From an uncultured Methanosarcinales archaeon (GTDB taxonomy: Archaea > Nanobdellota > Nanobdellia > Woesearchaeales > GW2011-AR9), in NCBI GenBank assembly GCA_964594395.1, contig CAZQLW010000001.1:27579-91578 (forward strand): 64,000 bases of DNA, written 5' to 3'. The position numbers and the translations under genes are program-made. Of the stretch, positions 18,204 through 28,514 are shown in pieces (the stretch's first letter is position 1; the number at the start of each line of letters is the position of its first letter). Below the pieces are notes generated by a model. The model did no database searches, was not told the origin of the DNA, and saw only the letters and a list, made by a program, of their open reading frames with translations.

Positions 18204-19913
18204 TTACTTCTGCAAAGCTTTCTCAATTTTCGGTAAGCTCCAACAGTTCAGGATGTTTTTCTTTTCTGCCCAACCACGTCGAGCACAAAGTACTGCTAAA
18301 GGATAATGTTCTAAACCGCTAAAATTATGAGCATCAGTACTAATCGCAACTTTACAACCATGACCAAGAGCGGATTTAACATTTTCACCATTAAGGTCCA
18401 TCCGTTTAATTGAAGAATTGATTTCTAAAAAAACATTTTGTTCTTTAGCAACAGAAAATACCTTATTTAAATTTATTTTAAGTTCAGGCCTTTCGTTAAG
18501 TAAACGATGAGTTGGATGGCCAAGAATATTTATCGGATAATTCTCTAATGCAGAACAAACCCTTTTAGTCATTTTCTCTTCAGACATTTTTGTTGCCATA
18601 TGGATAGAAGCTATTACCACATCCAACTCTTTCAACTTTTTTACTGGTAAACCTAAACTTCCATTTTTAAGAATATCGATTTCAACTCCCGAAAATACTT
18701 TAATTCCTACTTTCTTCCTTACCTTTTCAATTTCTTTCAAATAACCAACCAATCTTTTTTCATTTAATGGATGAGCAATAGTAATATCTCCAAAATGGTC
18801 GTTAAAAGAAATAAATTTAATTCCCATCTGTTCAGCTTTCTGGGCCATCTCCAAAATTGTTTTTGTACCATCACTCCAGTTACTATGATTATGAAACAGT
18901 CCTTTAACATTTTTGTTAACAATTAACTTCGGCAATTCTTTAACTAAAGCTGCTTTAATCTCACCAGTATTTTCTCTTAATTCTGGTGCAATATATTGCA
19001 TTCCTAACTTTTGATAAATGTTTTCTTCTGTTCTTCCAGCAATCCATTTCTTTGATTTTAATTTAAACAAACCGTATTCACTAAGTGTATAACCTTTCGA
19101 TAAAGCAATTTTTCTTAATTCAATATTATGTTGCTTGTTACCAATAAAATATAATAAAGCAGAACCAAACTCTTTTTCTTTAACAACTCGAAGATCTACT
19201 TGCAGGCCATTACTTAACCTGATTGAACTTCTTGTAGTTCCCTGAGAAATAACTTTCTTTACATCTGGTAGAGATACAAAAGTTTCAATAACCTTATTGG
19301 GTTTTGAAGAAGTTACCAAAAAATCTAAATCGCCAATAGTTTCTTTTCCCCTTCTAAAAGAACCAGCAACTTCAATATTTTTAACATAACTTAACTTTTT
19401 AAAATCGTTTACAATCTCGTTAACAATTGGTTGAAGATGAGCATAAAGAAACCGTTTTGGTTTAGATTTTACAAAATTTATCCCTTCAACAAAGTTGTGT
19501 TCAGTTTCTTCTCCAAACCCTTTCAGTTTGACAAGTTTTTTTTGTTTAATTGCTTTCTGAAGGTCTTTAACATTTTTAATTTTTAATTTTTTGTAAAGGT
19601 ACTTGATTTTTTTTGGTCCTAGTCCAGGAATTCTACCTAATCCCTCAATATCAATTTTAGTTTTTTTCTTTAACTTTTGGTAATACTTTAATTTTCCCGT
19701 TTCAATAATTTCTTTAATCTTTTCGGCGATATGTTTACCTACTCCGGGAATGTTTTCTAATTCGCCACGATTATAAATATCTTTAATATCTTCTGATAAT
19801 GATTCAATTGCTCTGGCAGCGTTCCGATATGCCCGAGGTTTAAATTGTACTTCTTCAAGCTCAAGAATGTTGGCAATATTGTTCAGGATTTGTGCTATCT
19901 CTAAGTTTTTCAT
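18204..19913 (-). CDS. polX: family X DNA polymerase with C-terminal PHP domain
   Basis: N-terminal Pol-beta-like 8-kDa/HhH region (IAQILNNIANILELEE...AYRNAARAIE). Nucleotidyltransferase motif GSFRRGKETIGDLDFLV. C-terminal PHP His-rich segment (HNHSNWSDG). Confidence 0.85.
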   Translation of the reverse strand: MKNLEIAQILNNIANILELEEVQFKPRAYRNAARAIESLSEDIKDIYNRGELENIPGVGKHIAEKIKEIIETGKLKYYQKLKKKTKIDIEGLGRIPGLGPKKIKYLYKKLKIKNVKDLQKAIKQKKLVKLKGFGEETEHNFVEGINFVKSKPKRFLYAHLQPIVNEIVNDFKKLSYVKNIEVAGSFRRGKETIGDLDFLVTSSKPNKVIETFVSLPDVKKVISQGTTRSSIRLSNGLQVDLRVVKEKEFGSALLYFIGNKQHNIELRKIALSKGYTLSEYGLFKLKSKKWIAGRTEENIYQKLGMQYIAPELRENTGEIKAALVKELPKLIVNKNVKGLFHNHSNWSDGTKTILEMAQKAEQMGIKFISFNDHFGDITIAHPLNEKRLVGYLKEIEKVRKKVGIKVFSGVEIDILKNGSLGLPVKKLKELDVVIASIHMATKMSEEKMTKRVCSALENYPINILGHPTHRLLNERPELKINLNKVFSVAKEQNVFLEINSSIKRMDLNGENVKSALGHGCKVAISTDAHNFSGLEHYPLAVLCARRGWAEKKNILNCWSLPKIEKALQK

Positions 19914-19963
19914 CTTACCTCTTTTAACAAATAGAAGTAAGTTTTGCTATATAAAATCTTCTG

Positions 19964-20527
19964 CTAATGATACTTCTTAGCTTCTTCACAACGTTCCTCG
20001 GCAACTTTTGCTAAACTTTCATACTTCTTTTTAACTCTGTTTTCATCTGAACTAGAAGCCATAAATTCAAAATATTCTTTGATAACATTTTCTGTCTCTG
20101 CTTCAGACTTATACCCCGCAGCATGAGCAAATTCGTGTGCTAAAACATATTCAGTAGTATCTTCATGATTTAAATTGTACTTGTTAGCTAGTTCACCAAT
20201 TCTTTCAGTAAAATCTTTTCCGTTATAATTGCTCAGGATAATCCCTTCAATCCCGTCATGTAAAACTGCTGCCACCACATTTTCCCCTAAATCTCCTGCT
20301 CCGTAACCTTTAATTTCAATCGGTTTTTTACTTCTTGTTCCCAGATATTGAACTAAACTTTTCCCTTCATCAGAAGAAAGATAATTTTCTACTATGCTTT
20401 CCATTTGTTTAGCTTGACTAAGATGTTGATTTGGTTGATCACTAGAATAGAGATTAACATTTTTATTGTTATCAATAACTGCCATCCCCATAGCATAAAG
20501 TTCCGGTTGAGACGTTTTTGTATTCAT
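19964..20527 (-). CDS. hypothetical protein with HExxH motif (possible zincin-like metallopeptidase)
   Basis: LAHEFAHAAG motif. Otherwise unrecognised. Confidence 0.3.
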   Translation of the reverse strand: MNTKTSQPELYAMGMAVIDNNKNVNLYSSDQPNQHLSQAKQMESIVENYLSSDEGKSLVQYLGTRSKKPIEIKGYGAGDLGENVVAAVLHDGIEGIILSNYNGKDFTERIGELANKYNLNHEDTTEYVLAHEFAHAAGYKSEAETENVIKEYFEFMASSSDENRVKKKYESLAKVAEERCEEAKKYH

Positions 20528-20648
20528 AGCAGTATAGAAGGCAAAGAGGTTTATATCTCTTACTAACGAAAGTGCGACAAAAATATCAAAAAGATAGATA
20601 TCATTAAGAAAGGAAATATTTAAATATCCCTCTACTTTACCAGAGGCT

Positions 20649-21317
20649 ATGGCAAAAAAAGAGAAAGAAGTTCCAGAAGCGGTTAAAGAGTTTTATGATC
20701 GGCATGACAAAATGGAAAAACTTTTGGCTAATACCAAAAAAGTTCATTCTGATGCTTATAGTGTTGCTGCAGATGTACTAAAGAAAGATGATGATGCAGA
20801 GTTTGACCCTAAGTTATTAGATGATGTTAAATTTCAAGATAAATTTTTAGACAAAATGATGGACCATTACATTAATTTTGCTATGGCTAAATTGAATATT
20901 AAAGAAAAACCTAAAAATGAATTTGAAGAAGATGTTATCTTACAAAAATATATTGGTGTTACTAAAGCAGAGATGCGTAAAATTTTAAGACAAAATAAAA
21001 GTGGTTATACTCAAGAAACACATGAAAAGAAAAGAGATGAGTTGATAAAAAAACAACAAAAAGAATTAATTCCTCTACGTCATGGTCACATGGACAAATC
21101 TAACATTGAGGATATTTTGAATCATACTAAATCCGGAAAGTATTTTGTTAAAGATAATGTTGAAACTGTTGATTCTGTTGTAGATTTATTAGACTTGTAT
21201 CGTGGAAAAGGTGAAATTGCTTTATCTGATCTTGTAAAAATGGTTCCAGACTTATACTTAACTGAGGGAGCTAAAAAAGAAGCAAAAGCTTTGAAAGATC
21301 AATACAAAAAAGCATAA
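20649..21317 (+). CDS. hypothetical Lys/Glu-rich protein
   Basis: 222-aa ORF with no recognised motif. Confidence 0.35.
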   Translation: MAKKEKEVPEAVKEFYDRHDKMEKLLANTKKVHSDAYSVAADVLKKDDDAEFDPKLLDDVKFQDKFLDKMMDHYINFAMAKLNIKEKPKNEFEEDVILQKYIGVTKAEMRKILRQNKSGYTQETHEKKRDELIKKQQKELIPLRHGHMDKSNIEDILNHTKSGKYFVKDNVETVDSVVDLLDLYRGKGEIALSDLVKMVPDLYLTEGAKKEAKALKDQYKKA

Positions 21318-21326
21318 TTTTTTCTT

Positions 21327-22463
21327 TTATTTTAAGAATTCTACTTCAATTTCTAACTGGTCAGCAGTAGGATATTCAACCACAATTGCTGGAAGTAAGC
21401 CAAAACTAGCAAATTTGTTCCTATTTTTTTTAAGATTCTTTTTAGATAATAAAATTCTTGGCTTATCTGAATCTAATAAAATTTCATTATCTTTCAGTTT
21501 CAGTTTCTTTTTAACCTTTTCAAATAAAGGTTCTAATTTTTTAACAAACATTTCTTTATCAATCTCTGCTAACTTCTCTCGGTAACCAAACCCTGGCTTT
21601 AATTCTTCTAAATATAAAGCACCTCGGGTTAACATTCCCTCTTTATCAACAATATCAAATTTGTGGTGAGAATGTTTAGCTTCCCGTTTAATTCTTTCAG
21701 CAAGTTGAGTTGCATCTTTAAGTTTAGCAGTACACAAATGAACATTAAGTTTGTAATTTTTCTCTTTAACATATTCAATCAATTTTAAGCCAAGTTCTAC
21801 ACTACCTGCAACTCCGTAACTTAGTTGATCTTTAACTTTAAAGTTCATCTCTAACAACTTTGATTGTTTATTATCAGCAACTTCTAATTCGTTTAAGTTT
21901 AGAAAATCTACTTTATCAACAACGAAATCAATCATCTTTTTAGAAATTTTATCCTTGCCAGGAATGAGTGGAACTTCTACACCTACTTGCCAGGGAAATT
22001 TTCTTGCTAACTCTAACTTGTTCCATGCTTGTTCAGAGTTTAAGTCTAAATGAAACCTGATTTCGTCTAACCCTGCTTGGGATAATTTTTGTAAATTATC
22101 TTCAGAAACTAATCTTAAAGAAGTGTAAAGGTGAATATGGAACTGGTTTCCGAACTTACTTTTTAACTTTTTAATGTAACGGACAGTTCGATCAATCTTA
22201 ACTAAAGGATCGCCACCAGTTATTCCTGCCCCTTGAGCTTTCATTAATTCTGCTTCTTTAATCAAATCTTCAGAATTGTTAATTTGCCTTTCATTAGCAA
22301 AAGTTACATCTTTTTGAAATTTTTGTTCAGATACTGGACAAAAATAACAGTTTCTGGGACACAAACCCGTAATGAAAATTACTAATTTTTCTCCTTTTAC
22401 ACAATATTGGCATCCTTTAGCTAATTCTCCAATATTGTACGAAAAATACTTGTTTTCTTGCAT
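21327..22463 (-). CDS. radical SAM domain protein
   Basis: CxxxCxxC cluster motif (GLCPRNCYFCPVS) near the N-terminus. Confidence 0.7.
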   Translation of the reverse strand: MQENKYFSYNIGELAKGCQYCVKGEKLVIFITGLCPRNCYFCPVSEQKFQKDVTFANERQINNSEDLIKEAELMKAQGAGITGGDPLVKIDRTVRYIKKLKSKFGNQFHIHLYTSLRLVSEDNLQKLSQAGLDEIRFHLDLNSEQAWNKLELARKFPWQVGVEVPLIPGKDKISKKMIDFVVDKVDFLNLNELEVADNKQSKLLEMNFKVKDQLSYGVAGSVELGLKLIEYVKEKNYKLNVHLCTAKLKDATQLAERIKREAKHSHHKFDIVDKEGMLTRGALYLEELKPGFGYREKLAEIDKEMFVKKLEPLFEKVKKKLKLKDNEILLDSDKPRILLSKKNLKKNRNKFASFGLLPAIVVEYPTADQLEIEVEFLK

Positions 22464-22519
22464 TAACCTATTTTTTTTGAGAAATCTTTATAAAACTATT
22501 CCCTCATCGGCTAGTTAAA

Positions 22520-22807
22520 ATGGACTTATACAAAACTGTAAAATTTTCTGATCTTGAAAGTTGGATCAATTCTGGAGTTATTCCACCACAACAAGAATTT
22601 GTTAATAATCCTATCGATGCAGTAACTGTTTGTGAAAGAGCTGTTAATTTTGATGAAGATATTTCTTTAGTGTTAAAAGTTGGTTATGAAGAACATCTTT
22701 TTGATAAACAAACTTCAGAGTGTTATAACAATTGGAGATTGGTCAGTTTAAGTGAAGTTGATTATGATATTTTAACACCAAGAGAAGCACTTAAAATTAA
22801 TAAATAA
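22520..22807 (+). CDS. hypothetical protein
   Basis: 95-aa ORF, no motif. Confidence 0.3.
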   Translation: MDLYKTVKFSDLESWINSGVIPPQQEFVNNPIDAVTVCERAVNFDEDISLVLKVGYEEHLFDKQTSECYNNWRLVSLSEVDYDILTPREALKINK

Positions 22808-23273
22808 CTGCTACCACAACACCTTTAACTTGTGGAAACCTAATTTTGAAAGGATCTTTGAAGCGGTTATTATCACCTTTAACAGTGTAATAAGTTCCTT
22901 TACTATCTTTTCCTTTTTCAATTACTCTATGAATAAGAATACCGTAACTTGTTTGGTATGATATTACATCTCCTACGTTAATTGCTTCTGGACCTTGAGG
23001 CATGATTTCAATTGCGTTAGATTCTTTATCAATGAACGGGTCCATAGAATTAGTATCAGTGAAACCTGACCAGCTCGCATTTTTTATATCGAGAATTATT
23101 CGATCTTTGTAAACTTTAATTTGTTCTTCTTTAATCCAGTCACCGGGAGAATAAATTTCCTGCCCACCGAAAAAACTTGCTGGGATTTGTTTATCTGAGA
23201 ATGATATAACTGCTAAAGATGAAAGTATAAATAGTACAAAAGATAAGACTAAAATCCTCTTTGGCCACCCCAT
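22797..23273 (-). CDS. type I signal peptidase (S26/Sec11-like)
   Basis: N-terminal TM anchor. TNSMDP resembles the catalytic Ser box (SGSMxP). C-terminal IHRVIE...TVKGDNN matches the archaeal/eukaryal SPase box E (TKGDNN). Confidence 0.55.
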   Translation of the reverse strand: MGWPKRILVLSFVLFILSSLAVISFSDKQIPASFFGGQEIYSPGDWIKEEQIKVYKDRIILDIKNASWSGFTDTNSMDPFIDKESNAIEIMPQGPEAINVGDVISYQTSYGILIHRVIEKGKDSKGTYYTVKGDNNRFKDPFKIRFPQVKGVVVAVIY

Positions 23274-23370
23274 GAGTAACTATTTTAGAGTAGTTGGTTA
23301 TTTAAAGATATAGCAAGTTGGAAGGTTATATTAAATTAATCATTTTTGAATGGCTGTTCTAAAAATAAAT

Positions 23371-23841
23371 TCACATAAAACTTTCTAAACTTAAATTAAT
23401 AATCCCTTCTTTTGCTTGAATTTCTTTAAAAGATGGATCAATCTTGATAAAAAGTTGGTTGTTACAGAAATTTCTGGTTAATGGGATTCCTTTACTTACT
23501 AAACTTGAAACGCAGTCAGGAATTACAGATAATGGTAATTTAGATTTGTTAGCAATTTCTTCAAATGATAAAGCTGATTCTTCAGTATAAAGTGTTAAGA
23601 ACATTTTCTTTTCAGTATGATCTAATGGAGAAATTATTGGTTTTGGTAATGGCATGCCGAGACCTAATTGAACATTATCCATCCTTTGATTAATTTTTTC
23701 AATCTTTAAATCTAACTCTTGTAAATAATCAAACATTGATTGGATTTCAGAAGTGTTTTCGTTAATGCCTTGAAGATGTTCTTCTAAAGCTTGCTTAATA
23801 CGTTGAAATTCTCCGCGAATGTTTCTAACTAAATTTGTCAT
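23371..23841 (-). CDS. coiled-coil protein with C-terminal wHTH-like segment (hypothetical regulator)
   Basis: Heptad-rich N-terminus. C-terminal SFEEIANKSKLPLSVIPDCVSSLVSKGI resembles an HTH. Confidence 0.4.
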   Translation of the reverse strand: MTNLVRNIRGEFQRIKQALEEHLQGINENTSEIQSMFDYLQELDLKIEKINQRMDNVQLGLGMPLPKPIISPLDHTEKKMFLTLYTEESALSFEEIANKSKLPLSVIPDCVSSLVSKGIPLTRNFCNNQLFIKIDPSFKEIQAKEGIINLSLESFM

Positions 23842-24078
23842 TTTAAATGAAATATGGCAGATTCTAAAATCTACCTTTTATTTCTACCACCCACCGAAAA
23901 TTAACAAATCTTTAAGGTTTAAATATGTTTCTATTTTGGAAAGTATATCATTTTTGAGTGGTCAGAAAAGGTTATTAAAGAAATTAATTTTCTGAATGGT
24001 TCAACTTGAAAAATAATTATTAATTGTTTTTAAAAACTGATAAGCTTTTTAAACAACTCCATCTTCTTCTTATTATTT

Positions 24079-24699
24079 ATGGTCAGATCAAAGAAAGATT
24101 TAGAAGTACAGTTAAGTAAATTGAAGAACTTTGAAGAGCCATCTTTAGAACTGGAACAGTATCCAACCCCGGACAAAATTGCAGCAGATTGGGTCTGGCA
24201 AATGGCTTTACGCGGAGAAGTTGCGGGAAAGACTTTCTTAGATGCAGCTTCCGGTCCCGGTATTTTAGGAATTGCTTTATTGTTAATGGGTGCAAAGAAA
24301 GTTTATTTTATTGATTTGGATGATAAAGCAATGAAATTATGTATAGATAATTATAATCAAATAAAAGAAGAGTATGAAATTGGTGAAGCAGAATTTATTA
24401 TTGAAGACATTTCTTTGTTTGATCAGGAAGTAGATATAACTGTTCAGAATCCACCGTTTGGAACTAAAACTGAACATGCAGATAAAAAGTTTTTAGAGAA
24501 AGCGTTCGAAGTATCTAAAATAGTTTACAGTATGCATAAGTATACAACTAAATCTTTTGTTGAAGCTATTTCTAAAGATTTCGGTTTTGAGATAACTAAC
24601 TTGGTAAGGTACGATTTTCCGATTAAAGCTACGTTCATGCACCATCAGAAACCAGTACAGTTAATAGACGTAGGACTGTGGAGAATGGAGAAAAAATAA
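24079..24699 (+). CDS. predicted N6-adenine RNA methyltransferase (COG2263/METTL5-like)
   Basis: SAM-binding motif DAASGPGILGIA...FIDLD and catalytic VQNPPFG (NPPF) motif. Confidence 0.65.
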   Translation: MVRSKKDLEVQLSKLKNFEEPSLELEQYPTPDKIAADWVWQMALRGEVAGKTFLDAASGPGILGIALLLMGAKKVYFIDLDDKAMKLCIDNYNQIKEEYEIGEAEFIIEDISLFDQEVDITVQNPPFGTKTEHADKKFLEKAFEVSKIVYSMHKYTTKSFVEAISKDFGFEITNLVRYDFPIKATFMHHQKPVQLIDVGLWRMEKK

Positions 24700-24700
24700 A

Positions 24701-25012
24701 ATGTTTAAAGAAATTATTAAATGGGACATTTATGAAATTAGAACTATTTCTACACCCATAAATGGAGTTATGCTTCGAGGAAGAATAAGAAAATTTTGTT
24801 TAGAGAAAAACAGAAATGTTCTTGCAGAAAACACTGAAGATATTGAAAAGTCTGTCAGATTTGCAGTTCCTACAGGAGAGGATTCTCTTGAAATTGAAAA
24901 TTTATTAAAAAGTTTCTTACCAGACGTAACTATTGAATTAGTTAGGAAAAATGTTCCTAATCCGGTCTTATCTAAGTTAAAAGTAAACATTGAAAGTAGG
25001 TATACTTTGTGA
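24701..25012 (+). CDS. hypothetical protein (weak acylphosphatase-like pattern)
   Basis: 103-aa ORF translationally coupled to the methyltransferase. Weak resemblance to acylphosphatase-like folds only. Confidence 0.3.
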   Translation: MFKEIIKWDIYEIRTISTPINGVMLRGRIRKFCLEKNRNVLAENTEDIEKSVRFAVPTGEDSLEIENLLKSFLPDVTIELVRKNVPNPVLSKLKVNIESRYTL

Positions 25013-25079
25013 TCTTTAACTTCTACTATCCTTAAAATCACCATCAACTTTATAAATAAAATAAATTCTTTAGCTTATT

Positions 25080-26108
25080 ATGATCTGTTTTATTGCTTTA
25101 ATCGTCTTTGGTATCCTGGGAATTTTCTCAGCTACACATAGAAAAATCGCTATTGAAGCTTTTGACTGTGTATTTCGTAGAATTACGTTAAGAAAATGTA
25201 CCACTGGATTAGATGTCAGGTTAAAAAGTAAAATTGCTGGTAAACTCTTACTTAAAACTCCAAAATTAGGAAAATTAATCTATAAAAATTTTGAAATATT
25301 TTCCTGGCTATTTACAGTTTTATTAATCCTGAGCATAGTTTGGACTGGGATTTCAGGTTACAATTATTACGTTTACGGAAATTGTAACGGCCCTAGTGTA
25401 GAAGACCAGGGCGGATTATGTTTATTTGATCCTACCGGAAGTAATGCAGAAATTTCCACTTGTGGTAATGAAGATATTGCTCAACAAACTATCGGTTTTG
25501 AACCTACTTTGAATAATGTTGATTTATCATTATTTCCAACATATAAACCTCAAGAAAGTAAAGATAAATTAGTTTATGTGGGCTGTTACACTTGTGTTAA
25601 TACTAGAAAAGTTAATCCCACGATTAACAAACTTGTCTCTGAGAATAAAGAAACTTTAGAGTTTACTTTTATCCACCTTCTTTTAACTAAAGAACAGGAA
25701 CATATCTCTAAAATTGAAAATTGTTTATGGGAAAAGAGTGAAGGTGACTTTTGGCGGTTCCATAATGCTTTAATGCAATTTTCTATTGATAAAGTTAAAG
25801 ATAAAAATAATGTTGTAAAACTTTTAGATGTTATCAAAGAAACAGATAAAGAAGATATTTTATCATGTTCAGAATCAAAAGAAGCTGATGAATTGTTAAA
25901 TTTACAATTGAACGAAATTAAAAAGATGAACCTGGAAGGCACACCAACAATTTTTGTTAATGATCAAGTATTCATTGGACCAAAACCGTTACGTGTTTAT
26001 GAGAAACAATTAAGTACAGATATTGATTGGTTCGGCATGGGGTTAATAGGTTTAGGCGTTCTTATTGTATTAGTTATGATTTATTTTGCTGTATTTAAGA
26101 GGGATTAA
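25080..26108 (+). CDS. membrane-anchored thioredoxin-fold (DsbA-like) thiol:disulfide oxidoreductase
   Basis: Two N-terminal TMs with Cys pairs, a CxxC-like CYTC active-site candidate, a DsbA-like GTPTIFVND cis-Pro loop, and a C-terminal TM. Confidence 0.5.
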   Translation: MICFIALIVFGILGIFSATHRKIAIEAFDCVFRRITLRKCTTGLDVRLKSKIAGKLLLKTPKLGKLIYKNFEIFSWLFTVLLILSIVWTGISGYNYYVYGNCNGPSVEDQGGLCLFDPTGSNAEISTCGNEDIAQQTIGFEPTLNNVDLSLFPTYKPQESKDKLVYVGCYTCVNTRKVNPTINKLVSENKETLEFTFIHLLLTKEQEHISKIENCLWEKSEGDFWRFHNALMQFSIDKVKDKNNVVKLLDVIKETDKEDILSCSESKEADELLNLQLNEIKKMNLEGTPTIFVNDQVFIGPKPLRVYEKQLSTDIDWFGMGLIGLGVLIVLVMIYFAVFKRD

Positions 26109-26109
26109 A

Positions 26110-27369
26110 ATGTTAGAATCAATCTTCGGAAAGAAAATAGATTTCAATGAACTAAGAAAAGATTTTACTATTCTAAATAGAACTATTAACGAGAAACCAA
26201 TAATCTATTTCGATAATGCTTGCATGTCATTAAGGCCGAAACAAGTTTTGAAAGTAATGAACGAGTATTATAACAAGTTTCCCGGCTGTGCTGGAAGAAG
26301 TAACCACACAATCAGCGAGGAAGTTAATAAAGCGGTTAATAATGCTAGAGAGAAAGTTGCTAAATTTTTCGGTGCAAAACCAGAAACTGTTGTTTTTACT
26401 AAAAATTGTACAGAAGCAATTAATTTGGTTGCAAATGCTTTTCCGTTTGATAATGGTGATGTTGTTTTAACTTCAGATAAAGAGCACAATTCAAACTTGC
26501 TACCTTGGTTAAAATTACAAAAAGAATGGAAAATTAAACATGACATTATTGAATCAGGACCAAAGAACGAGTTTTCTATTGATAATTTGATTACTAAACT
26601 AAACGAACATAAAGGTAAAGTTAAATTGGTAAGTATTGTTTATACCTCTAATTTGGATGGCGTTACTAATCCGGTGAAAGATATTATTAGAATCTGTCAT
26701 AAACATAAAGTTAAAGTCTTGCTGGACTGTGCACAAGCTGCATTACATCACGAGATTAATGTTAAAAAAATTGATGCAGACTTTATCGCTGTATCTGCTC
26801 ATAAAATCCTGGGTCCGAACGGTGTTGGGGCTTTGATCAGCACAAAAGAAAATTTGGAAACGCTTAAACAGTTCTTGGTTGGCGGTGAAACAGTATCTGA
26901 TTCAACTTATGAAGACTATACTCCGGAAAAGATTCCTGAAAAGTTTGAAGCTGGATTACAAAATTATCCGGGAATAATTGGCTTTGGTGAAGCAGTAAAA
27001 TATTTAGAAAATATTACCATGAAAAATGTTCAGAAACATCTTTTGCATTTGAACGAGATTGCTACTACAGGACTGTCTGAAATTGAAAATGTTCAAATTC
27101 TTGGTCCGAAAGAAGCAAGTAAACGGTCAGGTATAGTATCGTTCATTATTAAAGACAAAAATATTCATGAAATGTCATTATTGCTTAACAACACTTACAA
27201 TATTATGGTTAGGTCAGGAGCACATTGTGTTCATTCTTGGTTTAACCGGGAAGAGAATGAAAAGTCTGTTTTCAAAGATGGAACTGTTAGGGCAAGTTTT
27301 TCTTTCTACAATACCGAAGAAGAAGTTAACGAGTTTGTTAAAGCGGTAAAAGAAATTAGTGAGTTATGA
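26110..27369 (+). CDS. cysteine desulfurase / class V aminotransferase (SufS/CsdA-like)
   Basis: PLP-lysine motif SAHKILGPNGVGAL and fold-type I arrangement. Start at the Met following the upstream stop. Confidence 0.8.
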   Translation: MLESIFGKKIDFNELRKDFTILNRTINEKPIIYFDNACMSLRPKQVLKVMNEYYNKFPGCAGRSNHTISEEVNKAVNNAREKVAKFFGAKPETVVFTKNCTEAINLVANAFPFDNGDVVLTSDKEHNSNLLPWLKLQKEWKIKHDIIESGPKNEFSIDNLITKLNEHKGKVKLVSIVYTSNLDGVTNPVKDIIRICHKHKVKVLLDCAQAALHHEINVKKIDADFIAVSAHKILGPNGVGALISTKENLETLKQFLVGGETVSDSTYEDYTPEKIPEKFEAGLQNYPGIIGFGEAVKYLENITMKNVQKHLLHLNEIATTGLSEIENVQILGPKEASKRSGIVSFIIKDKNIHEMSLLLNNTYNIMVRSGAHCVHSWFNREENEKSVFKDGTVRASFSFYNTEEEVNEFVKAVKEISEL

Positions 27370-27423
27370 ATCGCTATGTTTATGGGGAAAGTTTAAATAT
27401 TATTATGCTCATCTACTCTTAAA

Positions 27424-27612
27424 ATGGCAGTTACACTAGAAAAACTTGATAAGGATATTAAAGAGATTAAATTAGAATTAAATAGAATATCTCATCTTCT
27501 CAAAGAAGATTTTGAGTTGAGTAAAGAAGTAAAAGAAGAGTTAAAGAAGGCCAGAGAAGAACCTTTGTCTGAGTATGTTGACCACAAAGAAGTTTTAAAA
27601 GAATTCACATGA
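27424..27612 (+). CDS. putative antitoxin (small coiled-coil protein)
   Basis: 62-aa ORF whose stop overlaps the RelE-like start (ATGA). Confidence 0.45.
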   Translation: MAVTLEKLDKDIKEIKLELNRISHLLKEDFELSKEVKEELKKAREEPLSEYVDHKEVLKEFT

Positions 27613-27872
27613 TGCCATACTCAATTAAATGGCGTAAGAAATCTCTTGATCAATTAAGGAAATTACCTAAATCTGTTTCTAAAAGAATTGTTATTAAGAT
27701 TAATTTAGCAAGAGATAATCCTAAACGTTTTTTTGAAAAACTTGTTAATGATCCAGGATATAAGATTAGGGCTGGAGATTATCGGGCAGTGGTTGATATT
27801 ATTGAAGAAAAAAAAATAATTGCAATAAGGTTTGTAGGGCATCGCAGGAATATTTATCAACGCCATTTATAA
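27609..27872 (+). CDS. RelE/ParE-family toxin
   Basis: 87-aa basic protein. C-terminal YKIRAGDYRAVVDIIEEKKIIAIRFVGHRRNIY matches the RelE/StbE pattern (R.GDYR.I..I.......I..I.HR...Y). Confidence 0.7.
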   Translation: MMPYSIKWRKKSLDQLRKLPKSVSKRIVIKINLARDNPKRFFEKLVNDPGYKIRAGDYRAVVDIIEEKKIIAIRFVGHRRNIYQRHL

Positions 27873-27940
27873 TAAACCGTTTAACTATAAGTTTTTTATT
27901 ACACAATTATTATAATCTTTAACCATTTCTAATTAAAATA

Positions 27941-28456
27941 ATGAATTTCTATGATACTTTAGTAAACCCAGAATCACGTTTCCCTTATTTAGAAAATATT
28001 AGTTCACAAATAAATAATGAGTATGTTTCAAAAATAAAGTATATTAACAAAGTAACAGATTATTGTATGGATATTGATTGTCATCCAAGTTGTAGGAATT
28101 TTCTGGTTTCAGGTTTGAAATCAAAAGTTAATGTTTATCCGTTCACATTCGAGAACGATTTTGTTCAAACAGAAACTGATTTTTTATCAATATTAATTGA
28201 TCATGAATGTTTTCATGCTTTGGAATATTATAATAATCCTCGAATGATCGTTCCTACAAAAAACTTAAGCCTTTTTGACAAAGCAAATTTCATTATTGAT
28301 TTAGAGTTACGGGCATATAATAACCAGATCCAAGCAATAAATAATGGGAGAAATGTTTCTAAGAAATTTTTAAGCAATTTAGAATCAAGAATTCTAAGAA
28401 AAAAAAAATTGAAAAATTCATTTAAGCAGGAAAACATAATCTTCTCAATTGCTTAA
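27941..28456 (+). CDS. hypothetical protein (HExxH present)
   Basis: 171-aa ORF with HECFH. No other recognisable features. Confidence 0.3.
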   Translation: MNFYDTLVNPESRFPYLENISSQINNEYVSKIKYINKVTDYCMDIDCHPSCRNFLVSGLKSKVNVYPFTFENDFVQTETDFLSILIDHECFHALEYYNNPRMIVPTKNLSLFDKANFIIDLELRAYNNQIQAINNGRNVSKKFLSNLESRILRKKKLKNSFKQENIIFSIA

Positions 28457-28514
28457 TTCTTAAATTTCTAACTATAAATTTATATACAACATATACATTT
28501 TAGGTAAAACGACA

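Noticed and set aside
24730-25047. Minus-strand 105-aa ORF overlapping 24701-25012
   Set aside because: It is antisense to a plus-strand ORF that is translationally coupled to the methyltransferase. It is hydrophobic and low-complexity, so likely spurious.
19964-28456. Assigning the two HExxH-containing ORFs (19964-20527 and 27941-28456) as metalloproteases
   Set aside because: HExxH alone is a short motif that occurs by chance. No third ligand or surrounding zincin context could be recognised. They were kept as hypothetical proteins with low confidence.
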